A stretch of 63,654 nucleotides of DNA, filler included, from Octopus bimaculoides (taxonomy: Eukaryota): NCBI RefSeq assembly GCF_001194135.2. It is 6 parts of 6 records of this genome, joined end to end, with 100 filler letters (N's around TTAATTAATTAA, not from the genome) between each part and the next. Parts side by side here need not be neighbours in the genome. Positions count along the whole stretch, not along the records: positions 1 to 30,622 come from NC_068983.1; positions 30,723 to 43,219 come from NC_068986.1; 4 more parts are not named here. One strand, given 5' to 3'. This document shows, piece by piece, positions 25,421 to 37,179 of this stretch (positions are counted from its first letter, which is position 1; each line of letters opens with the position of its first letter). The position numbers were made by a program, and so were the translations under genes. The notes under the pieces were generated by a model, which was not told the origin of the DNA, made no database searches, and saw only the letters and a program-made list of their open reading frames with translations.

Positions 25421-28069
25421 GAGGGCTCGCATAAATTATTGGAAACACCCATACCTTCAGACATGTAATGGAAAAAATAATTTCTCTTAATTTAAACAGT
25501 AGCAATAGATTTTTTATTGTAAGTTTAATATTATAATTAAATTATAGAAAACTGACATGTGTGTTTCTTTAAAAATGTTACTTCCAAACTTCCATGTATC
25601 TCTCTTTTTTTACCCAGAATTATTATCAATTTATTATTACTTGTTGGCATGTGTGCATGTGATAATTTACAGTATTTTTTTCAATTAATTTTTAAAATTT
25701 GTGTAAAATTTGATTTTTCATGCAATTCAATAAAATTCCCAATATTTTTTCTTTTCAGTTATTTTTATATCTTATTCAAAAATAAAGGTTAAGATGTTTG
25801 GAAAAGTTTTACATAATTTTTGGAAATGCTAAACAGTTTCTCATATAAGAGACACAAGTATTTTTTCTTCAGAAATATATGAATTAAAAATGAAAATAAA
25901 ATAAAATTTAAATCTTAATGCAAACTTATATGCAATTTTTAAATTGTTGCTTAAAATTGAAAACTTTGAATGCGTATAATAATAATTGCCTCTCAAAATT
26001 GAAGAAAGAAAAGAAAAAAAATCAAGGTTTTGCCAGAAAAGATTGCAGTGAAATGAAGCAGCAAAATTTATTTAAACACTGAAGGTTACAAAACCTTAAT
26101 TTAGCTCCATCTTATTATTTGCCTACTTTATCAGTGTTATTGTTGAATGGAAAGATCGCTAATTAGCAACATTAGCAGTAAACATGGCGGTGTGGTTATG
26201 AAGTTCACTTTGCATCTATATGTTTTCAGCTTCAATTATATCATGTAACATCTTATGCAAGTATTTTCTACCAGAGCCTAAGCCTTGTGAGTGAATTGAC
26301 AGAAATTGTATGGGAGCCTATTGGAGTGACAATCTCTGTTCTTCGTTCAAAGAGTCAAACAGTTGTCCAGTTAAAAAACCAACACTTGGATACTCTATGC
26401 TTTTACTGGATTTCACTTTGTTACAAGCATTCAGACCAGGTGTCTTATTTGAGGATAACTTCTTTCCTTCCTTCTGGCAGTCTTAGAGGCCCTGGAAATG
26501 GTCATGAGTATTACATTTTCTCTTCTGAGCAAGTCTTATAAAAAAAGAATAATACAACCCTACAAGTACTTTCAGTTTACAGAAATGAGTTAATTGACAC
26601 ACAGAAGACAACAAGCAAAATTAAGTTTCCTCAAGATGCTAAATATTTGGTTTTTTATGAGGTGCACAGTCACTTATGCTGTTGAGAAACAAATGTTGAT
26701 TAATTTAATTTATTCATTTAAAATCTGCTTTCTTCCCAACTGCAAGATTTCTTTCACAAGTCATTGGTGAAACCAGAACTACAGTAGAAGATATACAGGG
26801 TAGTATGCAATATGAAGTGAAAACAGAACCATGTGATTGTGAAGTAAACTTCATAATTCACACAGCTAAACCTCATATATGTATATTGGTACAGCTTGAA
26901 AATCAACATTAAACAGATATTATGTAGTATTCTGTTCTCTTGCTGGTTACATCTATTTACATCAATTTTGGCTTTGCCTTCATTCCCTTACAAAGTCAAT
27001 ATTAAATGTAACAAACAAAATAATGGAGTTAATTTAATTGACTAAAACCAATCAAGATGGTATAAGATGGCTGTAGTCCAATGACCAAAACCAGTAAAAG
27101 AATAAAAGAAGAGTATTAATATTAAAAGTTATAGTGATGAGGAATTATGGGTAAATTGGTTAGCTTCTAATTTACTTGTTGACTAAATTTAACAGTATGT
27201 ACATAAATCATAAATGTTATCATAGTAGATGAGATAATTGGATTTAGGTGTAAGTAGTGTATACCGCTGAGCAATTAAACTGTACTGAACTAAGAAAAAG
27301 TATGGAATATTGCTAAATATTTCAAAATCGTTATTATCAAGAAAAAGAAGCTCCTTGCGGGTAATATCAATGATAATATAATGGAAACAACAACTCTCAA
27401 ATTTTATATTCCAATAACTCGCTAAATCTTTGGCAAGCAATATCACAATTCAGACAACTTGCAGGAGTCCAATTACACTATGTTAGTAAGATTATCTATA
27501 TTCCCAGTTACTTCATCAGCAGCAGCATCATTATTTCAACATTTACTTCTCCATGGTTTCAGAGAGAATTTATTGAGACAAATTTTCTACAGCTGGATGT
27601 TCTTCTTATCACCAGCTCCCATCTGTTTCCAAGCCAGAGGATATTTTTCCTCAGCCCAGACACTTTTTTGTTTTTCACAAAAGACTACAAACAAATAACA
27701 CCACTTGCATTAAGGTGAAGCTTCTATAAGACACAGATGCATTTGCATACACACACACACACTCATATGTACGTATTTATCTAAGTATGTATGTATGTAT
27801 GTATATATGTACATTTGAATGTATGTATGCACAGTAACCCCTTGCCATATCGTGGTTTATTATTTAAGCTTAGGTCGATTTTTATGTGGTGTTGTTTTGC
27901 ATTTATAATAAAATATATATATACAAATTATAAAAATAATTTTAAAAAATATACAGCACAGTACTGTTTCTACTTCGTAGATTTTCACCTATCACAGGGG
28001 GTTTTGGAACATACCACTCACGATACTTGAGAGATTACAGTATGTATGTATGTATTTATGTATGTTGTT

Positions 28070-28452
28070 GTTGTTGGCACTCCGTCACTTACGACGTTGA
28101 GGGTTCCAGTTGATCCGATCAACGGAACAGCCTGCTCATGAAATTAACGTGCAAGTGGCTGAGCACTCCACAGACACATGTACCCTTAACATAGTTCTCG
28201 GGGATATTCAGCGTGACACTGTGTGACAAGGCTAACCCTTTGAAATACAGGTACAACAGAAAGAAGAAGTAAGAGTGAGAGAAAGTTGTGGTGAAAGAGT
28301 ACAGCAGGGTTTGCCACCATCCTCTGCCGGAGCCTCGTGGAGCTTTTAGGTGTTTCGCTCAATAAACACTCACAGCGCTCGGTCTGGGAATCGAAACCGC
28401 GATCCTATGACCGCGAGTTCGCTGCCCTAACCACTGGGCCATTGCGCCTCCA
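28070..28452 (-). mobile_element. Young tRNA-derived SINE (head H2 plus tail C)
   Basis: Intact A/B-box head on the minus strand (ggaggcgcaatggcccagtggttagggcagcg...ggtttcgattccc); (AAC)n tail. Confidence 0.88.
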
Positions 28453-28869
28453 CATGTATGTATGTATGTATGTATTTGTCAGTCTCTTGCAACATATGAC
28501 CATTCTTCCCACTCTTCTGACCATGCTCTCTCCTATATTTACCTTCTTGTAGGCAGAGTGTATGCTCCTGTACCTCATCACCTCCATTTCTTTTCTCTCT
28601 TTTCAGCTAGCGTGGCCATGTATCTCCTCTGCAGCAAAAGACATGTTTCTGTTTCCTACCTACCCTTGCACTTTAACTTCTCAATACCTGACATAAATCC
28701 ACCAACTCAATTGAGGGGTCATGTCTTGACCTCACTAGTGCCAGTACCACAAAAGAGCACCCAGTAAATTCTGTAAAGCTGTGGTCAAAAGCATCTGACT
28801 ATAGAAACCATGTCAAAGCACATATTGTAGCTCAATACAGTCCTGCAGAACTTTTGAACTCAGTTCAAA

Positions 28870-29052
28870 GTTCTTGGCTTCAAGAATATCATGATTGGAG
28901 GCTCAACCTTCTGAATTCTTTTACAAAACTAAAGGACTGCTGCAATAAGTGTGTGAATCTGAGAGGGGAATATGTTGAATAAAATCATAATTAACTGAAC
29001 CTCTTGTATTTTCTTTTACCCAAAGTCAAGAAATTTTCAGCACCCCCTTGTA
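28870..29052 (+). mobile_element. Mariner 3'-end fragment
   Basis: tgcaataagtgtgtgaatctgagaggggaatatgttgaataa (CNKCVNLRGEYVE*) followed by a TIR-like end ...cagcacccccttgta. Confidence 0.55.
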
Positions 29053-30622
29053 AATGATGATAGTAATGGTGGTGATGATACAGCAGACTTCTTTTTTTTT
29101 TAGTTTTTGTTTACCACATCCACTCACAAGGCTTTGGTCAGCCCAAGGTTATAGTGAAAGACATTTGTGATTAAGTGCCACACAATTGGAGTGAGCTCAA
29201 ACCCATGTGATAGACATATGAATTTCTTAACCACATAGCCATGTCTGTCCCTGTTAGATTAGTTGTTTTAATTTCTCATGATAATACAGATGTCTCAGAA
29301 AGTCAATATAGATATCTTTCTGTCAGTAAACTAATTGTCTTGCATAAAATACAATCACACTTTCAAATGATCATGGTTGAGACATTTTCACTGATTGGCT
29401 AGCTAGTATGAAATACTAACCAGTCAGCTAGCCAAAATGTCTGTGCGTCTGTCTATCTTTATGTATTTAGTAGGTTGTTTTCCCAATTTCTTAAAGTACA
29501 AAGCTCTCAATTAGCTCAATCTAATTACTCATCACTACTTACACCAAAGTCCAATCATCTAATGTTCTATAGCATAACTATTTACATCTCATTAAATCAA
29601 GCCAAGTAATTTGAAATCTAACTAATTTACTATATATTTAACCTTCATTAGTTCTTTACAGAATTAATCTATAATTTTTCTAGAAACTAAGGCAGCAGCT
29701 GCATGCTTTGGAATACATTTTGTATTAGAATCAAATAATTTGCTAATTAGTTTGTTTTTTTTCAATTAACAATAATTTTGAAACTATTTTCAGAAAAATC
29801 AAAAATTTCGATATTCACATCAATTATTTTTAAAAAGTATTTTAATCTTAAATATTCATTTCCACTCAAGGCACAAGGCCCGAAATTTTTGGAGAGGGGG
29901 GCAGTTGATTAGATCGACCCCAGTATGCAATTGGTACTTAATTTATCGACCCCAAAAAGATGAAAGGCAAAGTCAACTTAGGTGGAATTTGAACTCGGAA
30001 CAAAGACAGATGAAATACCACCAAGCATTTCATCCGGCATGCTAACATTTCTGCCAGCTCACTGCCTTAGCAATACTAAACAATGCAACAAAATGGATAT
30101 GATTTCTATAAAGAGATTTAAAGACTTCACAAGATATTTGAATTACAAAACAAAACCTATATTTTCTAGTTTGAAAGGATGGTTGCCTGGTTAAGCAGGG
30201 GTGTTGGTGACCCTTGTTGTACTCTTTCACCCCAACTTCCTCTCACTCTTTCTTCCTGTTTCTTGAGTAACACTGCGATTGACTGGCGTTCCGTCCAGCT
30301 GGGGAGGGGGGGACACATACACCATAGAAACCGGGAAACTGGGCCCATGAGCCTGGCTAGGCTTTGGAAGGAGGCAAAAGTAAAAAAATAAAAGTAAACT
30401 TTAGGTTAGTTAAAATATGTTTGCAACACTTTTACCAGTGGAAATTGTATATATATATATATTAAATTTAAATGTTGAAGTGAATCTAACGGATTTTGTG
30501 TGTTATTTTAAATGGCTTATAAACACCTTCCACGCTGCAATTGTTTTCGTTCCAGCACACAATCTCAGATCAGGTCACTTGCTATGCAAGTGCATCTCCA
30601 TAATATATATATATATATATAT

Positions 30623-30722
30623 NNNNNNNNNNNNNNNNNNNNNNNNNNNNNNNNNNNNNNNNNNNNTTAATTAATTAANNNNNNNNNNNNNNNNNNNNNN
30701 NNNNNNNNNNNNNNNNNNNNNN
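30623..30722. other. Artificial scaffold linker N44-TTAATTAATTAA-N44 (also 43220-43319, 49529-49628, 53601-53700, 62130-62229)
   Basis: Five identical 100-bp constructs with a six-frame stop 12-mer inside N runs. Confidence 0.95.
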
Positions 30723-30749
30723 GTGGGGGAGAGAGACAGGAGGAGGGGG

Positions 30750-30944
30750 TTAGATGAAGAGGAGAGGGGAGTTGAGCCCATGTGGCGCAAAGGAGCGGAG
30801 AGAGAAGATTAATCCCTGTTCACGGCGCAAACGGGAGTCCGGATGGCCCCTGTGCATGGACAATCCAAACACAGACAGGTGTTGCTGCAAGGAGTGGCCG
30901 GCAGAACGGAAGTGGCGTGACACCGGGGGGTCGGTGTCCCAAAA
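30750..30944 (-). mobile_element. Penelope-like element GIY-YIG endonuclease C-terminus, 5'-truncated and young
   Basis: Open 64 codons plus stop: FWDTDPPVSRHFRSAGHSLQQHLSVFGLSMHRGHPDSRLRREQGLIFSLRSFAPHGLNSPLLFI*. Matches the PLE pattern PVARHF...GHS...R..REQ.LIF.L....P.GLN. Confidence 0.85.
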
Positions 30945-31049
30945 TTAAGGCAAACAACTTTTTCCAATTCTGCCAAAGCAAAATTTTGTTATATTTCAGG
31001 TCCAAGTATTGCAATGGTAAAAGAAACACAATTATGACACTATCACATT

Positions 31050-32110
31050 TATTTGATATGACCACCTCTGTCTCAAATCACAGCCTTAAGTCTAGGTGTG
31101 AATGCTTCACACATGGCATGCAGCTGTTCTTATAGAATCAAAGCCCATTCCTGGTACAATTTTGCCTTCAGAGTGTCAAGTGAAGGATGAGGAGTGATTG
31201 AGATCCTTGTCTCCAAAATGGATCAAACAGAAAAATCAGACGGGTTGAGATTGGGGCTTCTTGATGGCCATACATCTTTGCCTATGAATGACAAAATGGT
31301 TTTCTGAATCTAGTGTTGTGTCTGTTTGGAACAGTGAGATGATGCTGAGTCCTGTTGAAGGCTCCAAGGTGTGCCTTGAAAGTGCTCATTCACCCATGTA
31401 AGCAATTCAGCTTCCAGAATGTCGCTAGTGTATCACTGAGTGTATCACTTTTAAAGGGGCACCACTTTTCATCCTGTTGTAGGCTATCGTTGTAGGCAAT
31501 ATGAGTTTTGTGGGGTTTGGGGGTGGCAAATGGAAGGGCCACCCTGGGAAGCATACACTCTAGCTACACTAGTGCACCCATGGGCACAAAAACGAGGGAA
31601 GACCATAACTGACAGGATTTTGATGTCAATTTATGAGTCTAGTGTCGACGAAGCCAGATACACTCCAAAGTTGATCATTCTAGTTGTTTGCTGTCTGTTC
31701 AGTGTCTGTTCAAAAAAATGTTTTTTCATCAGTGAACAGCAGGTTGGGCAGCATGCCTTCAGCAATCTGAATCAGGATAAGATAACTTCTCTCCAGTCTC
31801 GTGGCCTTATAAACTTGTGTGAAAAACATGACAGCAGATCAACTTGTAGATGTAGGTCCTGAGATCCTCCTTCAGTACTTGATACATCGATGTTCAGCTT
31901 ATTTTTGCCTTGGCAGTCAGTTTTCTGATGGAATGATGGGAATTTCACCATATCTTTTCTCTAGTGCTTTGATAAGCCAAGAGGATATTTATCCCTCTGG
32001 TAAACATCCATTAATGTTATATCGCCTGGAGAAATGAATCCATGAAGATGATCTACCTGATGCCCACAGATACTATGGACTATGCTGTAATCATCCCAGG
32101 AATACAGACT
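31050..32110 (-). mobile_element. Degenerate Tc1/mariner transposase, maT (DD37D)-like
   Basis: Minus strand: LKEDL, IAEGMLPNLLFTDEK, VWPSRSPNLNPSDFSV, RLKAVI*DRGGHIK*; TIRs not identified. Confidence 0.75.
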
Positions 32111-32753
32111 GTGGTCTTAAGAGGTATGTAATTTGTGGAAACACACATAGCGATGCATTAAATGTTTATAAATTCCATCCAAGGATTATTATTATCAGTA
32201 CATATTGTAAAACTGAGTTTGTGAGTGTGTGTATGTATGTGTTGCATCTATAGAAATCCATACCTTACAAGATAGCAATCTGGGAGTTGCACCAATGGAT
32301 TCCTCATGGTCAAAAATGCCTCGAATCAGCCATTTATTTTTTTATTTTTTACTTCCTAAGGGGTGAATTTTTGCATTAAAAATAGTTTTAAACCATAACT
32401 TCTAACAATTTTCAAGTCAGTGAAATACACCAGCATTTGCAAACATGAGTTAAGTCCCCTTCTAGCGACAGTGTAAAGAGAGATAACAAATTTTTTTAAT
32501 TTCGTCTTTTTAGTGAGTGATTGACAGACAAAAACAGGCAGACAGGGGTTGTTATGTATGTATGTATGTGTGAATGGCTTCAGTCACACACACACGTGAA
32601 CATGTATGCATACAAAATACATTTATGCAATAGGTGTATGTACATGTGTGTGTGTGTGTGTGTGTGTTGTCCGTATATATATATATTATGATTGACCGTT
32701 GACTGAACACTATTCAATTTTTTTTCTCCGTGTTTTTCTCCTTGTCTCCGTAT

Positions 32754-32790
32754 TCTTTCTGTTGAAGAGCGTAGCTCGAAACGTCAAAGA
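32754..32790 (+). ncRNA. Minimal type I hammerhead ribozyme motif (variant core CUGUUGA) in a Penelope-like terminal repeat
   Basis: tcttt-CTGTTGA-a-GAGC gta GCTC-GAAA-CG-TC-aaaga: 5-bp stem I, 4-bp stem II, palindromic ACGT stem III. Confidence 0.65.
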
Positions 32791-33104
32791 CTTTCCGTAT
32801 TCCCGAGCGTCATACTAATATATACTTTTGTTATTTACACCACCTGTCCTCGTCTGTTGTTATTATTTGTATATTCTCCCATNNNNNNNNNNNNNNNNNN
32901 NNNNNNNNNNNNNNNNNNNNNNNNNNNNNNNNNNNNNNNNNNNNNNNNNNNNNNNNNNNNNNNNNNNNNNNNNNNNNNNNNNNNNNNNNNNNNNNNNNNN
33001 NNNNNNNNNNNNNNNNNNNNNNNNNNNNNNNNNNNNNNNNNNNNNNNNNNNNNNNNNNNNNNNNNNNNNNNNNNNNNNNNNNNNNNNNATATATATATAT
33101 ATAC

Positions 33105-33480
33105 ACAATATAAACGATATTCTCCATTTCTTCACAACTAATTTCCAAATTTGCTGAATCCGTTGCTCTTCTCATAGCGACATATAGCTGGTCGTGCGTG
33201 AACATGGTAGAGAGCAGAAGTTACCAGAGCAAAAATCCTAAGTGTTGACTGTAGACACGCTCCTTCGCAAATGATCAGCTATTATTTTGTAAACAATGTT
33301 ACGAAACTGTTCATGTTTTCGAATGGAGAGATCTGACTCTCACATCTCTGTGGGAGAAGATAGGCCTCTCTATTCCTCTTACAAAACTTACGTCCAGGTG
33401 CCAAATTTGCTTCAATTGATGGTATTACTCAGGTAATCTTAACTTCATCCCAAGCAAAGCAGGACTATAGTGCTAGTCAT
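33105..33480 (-). mobile_element. Helitron helicase C-terminal fragment
   Basis: MFTHDQLYVAMRRATDSANLEI...NIVY (33110-33205) resembles Pif1/Helitron motif VI (FSHGQLYVALSR ... NVVY). Confidence 0.7.
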
Positions 33481-33713
33481 TACTAAATTTATCCTACATT
33501 ATATCGGTACAGCTCGAAGCAACCCCCAAATCTGGTTCACCAGTCAACATCATTAGACTGTGGCCAGCATAATGGAATAGGAGCTTTCTTTGCATATTCA
33601 AAATGTTTCCCATAAACAAATTTAAAAGATATGTATATATATATATATACATACACACACAGACACACATATATACAGATACGCACATACATTCACTCAC
33701 ACATACGTATATA

Positions 33714-35901
33714 CAGTAGAACTTCACAGTACGAGTGCACTACTGTATGAGTAATTTGCTGTACGAGCCAAGGCTCATATGAATTTTTGTCTTGACGTAC
33801 GAGTGGAAATCCGCAGAATGAGTGAGTTTCATGCAATCGACTGCTAGTCAGCACTGAGCTCACACACACTCTCTGAACAAACGCAGCCTCCACTTGCTCA
33901 GTTCACATGTTTGTCTCATTGTGGCAGCACCCCTGTTATGTCTTTCCCAGTGTTTTTTTTTTTAGTTTTGTATGTTTTTTATATTATTTTATAATAATTA
34001 GTTGTGTTAGCCATGCATCCTGGTGAATGCAAAGGGCAGTGCTGAGAAGAAAAAGCTGATTACAATAGAACAGAAAACTGAAATCATTGATAAACATGAG
34101 ATAGGAGTGCATGTAGTGGACATAGCACATCAGTACAACCGAAGTACATCAACGATCTGTATCATCCGGGAGAAAAAGAACAAGGGACAAGATCAAGACT
34201 GTTACAACAGCAAAGGATGTCTGTAGGCTCTCCAAGCAATAAACATCTGTCCACAAATAGATGGAAAAATTGCTTCTCTTGTAGATCAATAAGTAGGAGA
34301 TACAATTATGGAGACTATCATCTGCGAGAAAGCACGGACACTGTATGGGGATCCCTTGAAGCAGAACCCTGGAACATCAACAGACGCATTTAAGATCAGT
34401 CATGGCTGGTTCGATAATTTCCAGAAGAGGATTGGTGTTCATAGTGTCATCAGATATGGAAAGCAGCATGTTCTGACACAAAGGAAGTTGAGGATTTCAT
34501 GCATGAATTCCACCAGCTCACTGGAATTCCACCAGCTCACTGCAGCCGAGGAGTACATCGTACAATAGTATTCAACTGTGATGAAACTGGCCTTTTTTTG
34601 GAAAAATAGCCCAGAAGAACCTACATAATAGCAGAGGAGAAGAAAATTCCAGGCCACAAGCCAATGAAAGATAGGCTAACTCTTTGTGACAATGCGAGTG
34701 GAGACTTGAAGATTAAGCCGCTCTTTGTCTACCATTCCAAAAACCCATGAGCATTCAAGCTGCACAGAATCCTGAACAAGAAGCTGCAGGTCATGTGGAG
34801 GGCAAACGTTAAAATCTGAGTCACCAGGCAATTCTTTACTGAGTGGATCAACCATATCTTCAGACCAGCAGTGAAAAAGTACTTTCTGGTGAAGAGTCTT
34901 CCTCTCAAGGCCCTCATCCTTCTTCTCACCCTCTTCAAAGATGATATCCAAATCTAAATTCATAAAAGTTTAATACCTTTCTCACAACACTACCCCTATC
35001 TTGCAGCCCATGGACCAACCGGTGATTTCTAATTTTAAGAAATTGTACACTAAACACCTGTTTCATTTGTGCTTTGAAGTCACTGAAAATACAAATCTTA
35101 CCCTTCGTTAGTTTTGAAAGAATTACAACATAGTTAACAACCTGAAAATCATCAATATGGCCTGGCACTCACAGGAGTTAATGACAGATGAACTCCTGCA
35201 GCTTTAGGAGCAGCAACATTTGGATGCAGTGGAAGAGATTGGTTCCCCAGAAGTGGACAGAGTAGCAGAGAAGGCTATCTCTACAAGTGACATGAGGGCA
35301 GTGTTGAGAAAGTGGCAGTATGTTTCTGAATTTGTAGAAAAAAATATCATCCTGGAAAAGTATCTACAGGTCATGCAGCTGCTTTATTTAATGACACTGC
35401 TCTGGCGCATTTTTGTAACATTTTGGAAGGCAGGAAAAAGCAAACTTCTCTTGATATGTTTCTAATGAAATGACCTGCAAGTGTAAAAAGTGAAGAAAGT
35501 GTATCCAAAAAGCTTCAATTAAGCAGAGAGAGAAAACACCAGAAATTGTTCTTTCTCAAGTCTTAATAGAAGGAGATTCTCCTTCCAAACAATAATCCTC
35601 CCCATTCCATCGTCTTTCTTGCACACAAATTGTCCCATCTTAAAGTTAATTAAATTAATAAAACCAGTTTTCTTTTGCTTTTCTTTTATTATGTTTTTAT
35701 AATTGTCATTTCCCTTGTAACTGTACCTTTTCTGTTTTAAAACCCATAAAAAAACGTTTTTTGAGTGGTTTTGGGTGGGGCTGGAATAGATTAATTACAT
35801 TTTGATTCATTTCAATGGGGAAAATTGATTTGTAATACAAGTAAATCATAAAACGAGCTCAGTCACAGAATGAATTAAACTCATACTGCGAGCTATCACT
35901 G
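33714..35901 (+). mobile_element. Full-length degenerate Tigger/pogo transposon (about 2.19 kb)
   Basis: TA-flanked TIRs cagtagaacttcacagtacgagt and actcatactgcgagctatcactg; CENP-B HTH KKLITIEQKTEIIDKHE, FKISHGWFDNFQKR, DDE_1 FNCDETGLFWK. Confidence 0.92.
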
Positions 35902-37179
35902 TATACACACACACACAAACACAGTTTCTGTTATATGACAAGACTGAAAGACCATCTTGATGGGTGCTTTCTCAGTTATTTACTAACAAGAGCGATGATT
36001 TGCAACAACAGATATTATTAGACATAAGGCTTGAGTGATGTCAACCATCTCCAATTTCAAAAGGCCTTTTCAGGATTCACTCCATTGGCTCCTATACTAA
36101 GCAGGTGTAGTTTGGTAAAGATCTCATTCTCAGACATCATGCACAACCTATATCCCTCTCTCTCTCTCTCATTATCTTGCTTTCTCCCCCTTTCATATTC
36201 TTTCATACCCTTCTTTCTTCATTTATTGCTATTGGCTTGCTTCCAGTTCTCATGTCTTTCTAAATTACTCAGTGGTGGCAGAGAAATGCTTTCACTATTA
36301 TTTGAGATATATCTCCCAAACACATTTTCTTTCTTTCCCTTCTTTCCCATTTTCCGCAGGTTTTCTTTCTTTCCTTCTTCCCACTTCTCAACATCTTCAT
36401 ATCATCTCTATCTTTCTCTCCATTTCTCCTTATCGTTATGATCCTTCTCTCTCCCCTGCCAACTTGTCTTACAAGATTCTCCCTATCTCTCCCATCACAT
36501 CTTCCCCTCTTATATGATCTCTTTGTCTCTCTTCTACTTTACTATTTTTTTTCTCTTACCTAACTAACCTCTATCTTCTTCAACCCATCTCTTATCCCAG
36601 ACACTAACATATTCACAATTGTACATTCTACTCTTTCTCATTGAACTACCCTCTTTATTCAACAGTCTAGATCTCTACTCACTTCTTATCCCCTTCAACC
36701 CTCTCCCTTCTTATCAGTCTCCCAGAGTGATAACTTACAATTTACAGTAGAAGTTCTATGACTATAACTTCAGTATAAAAAGCTAAGATTGAAAGCAGAT
36801 GTGGGGAGACACTGACTTCACAAGCCATAGTGAAGGCATCCCATCTAGAAGAGTAGTAGCTCTGAATAAAAAGTGGGACATTGTGAAGAAGGCACTTTAG
36901 TCATGGAAGATAATCCCACTAGAGTTGATGGTACAATAAAATACACCCAGTCCATGTTGTGAAGAGTTGGTGATAAAAGAAGGCTATACAACCAGTATAA
37001 AAGAAGGGTATACAACCAGTAAAATAATGCCAGAATCATAAAATACATCTTGATACAAAATATCAATATACTGATAATACCAAACTGCATATGCAATTCC
37101 AGCATATACCATGCTAAAGCTGTGCACAATAGTAGGGTAGGTAGTTAGAAACACCTGACCATATGCAAGAACCATGAAA

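Noticed and set aside
27260-27430. Small CpG-retaining unique segment with an 85-aa minus-strand ORF
   Set aside because: No recognisable domain and no convincing splice-site pair.
28380-28452. tRNA-like sequences with A/B boxes (also in other SINE heads)
   Set aside because: They continue into SINE bodies and tails; not tRNA genes.
30667-30678. TTAATTAATTAA repeated five times across the window (PacI- or homeodomain-like sites)
   Set aside because: Always centred in a fixed 100-bp N block; a scaffolding linker.
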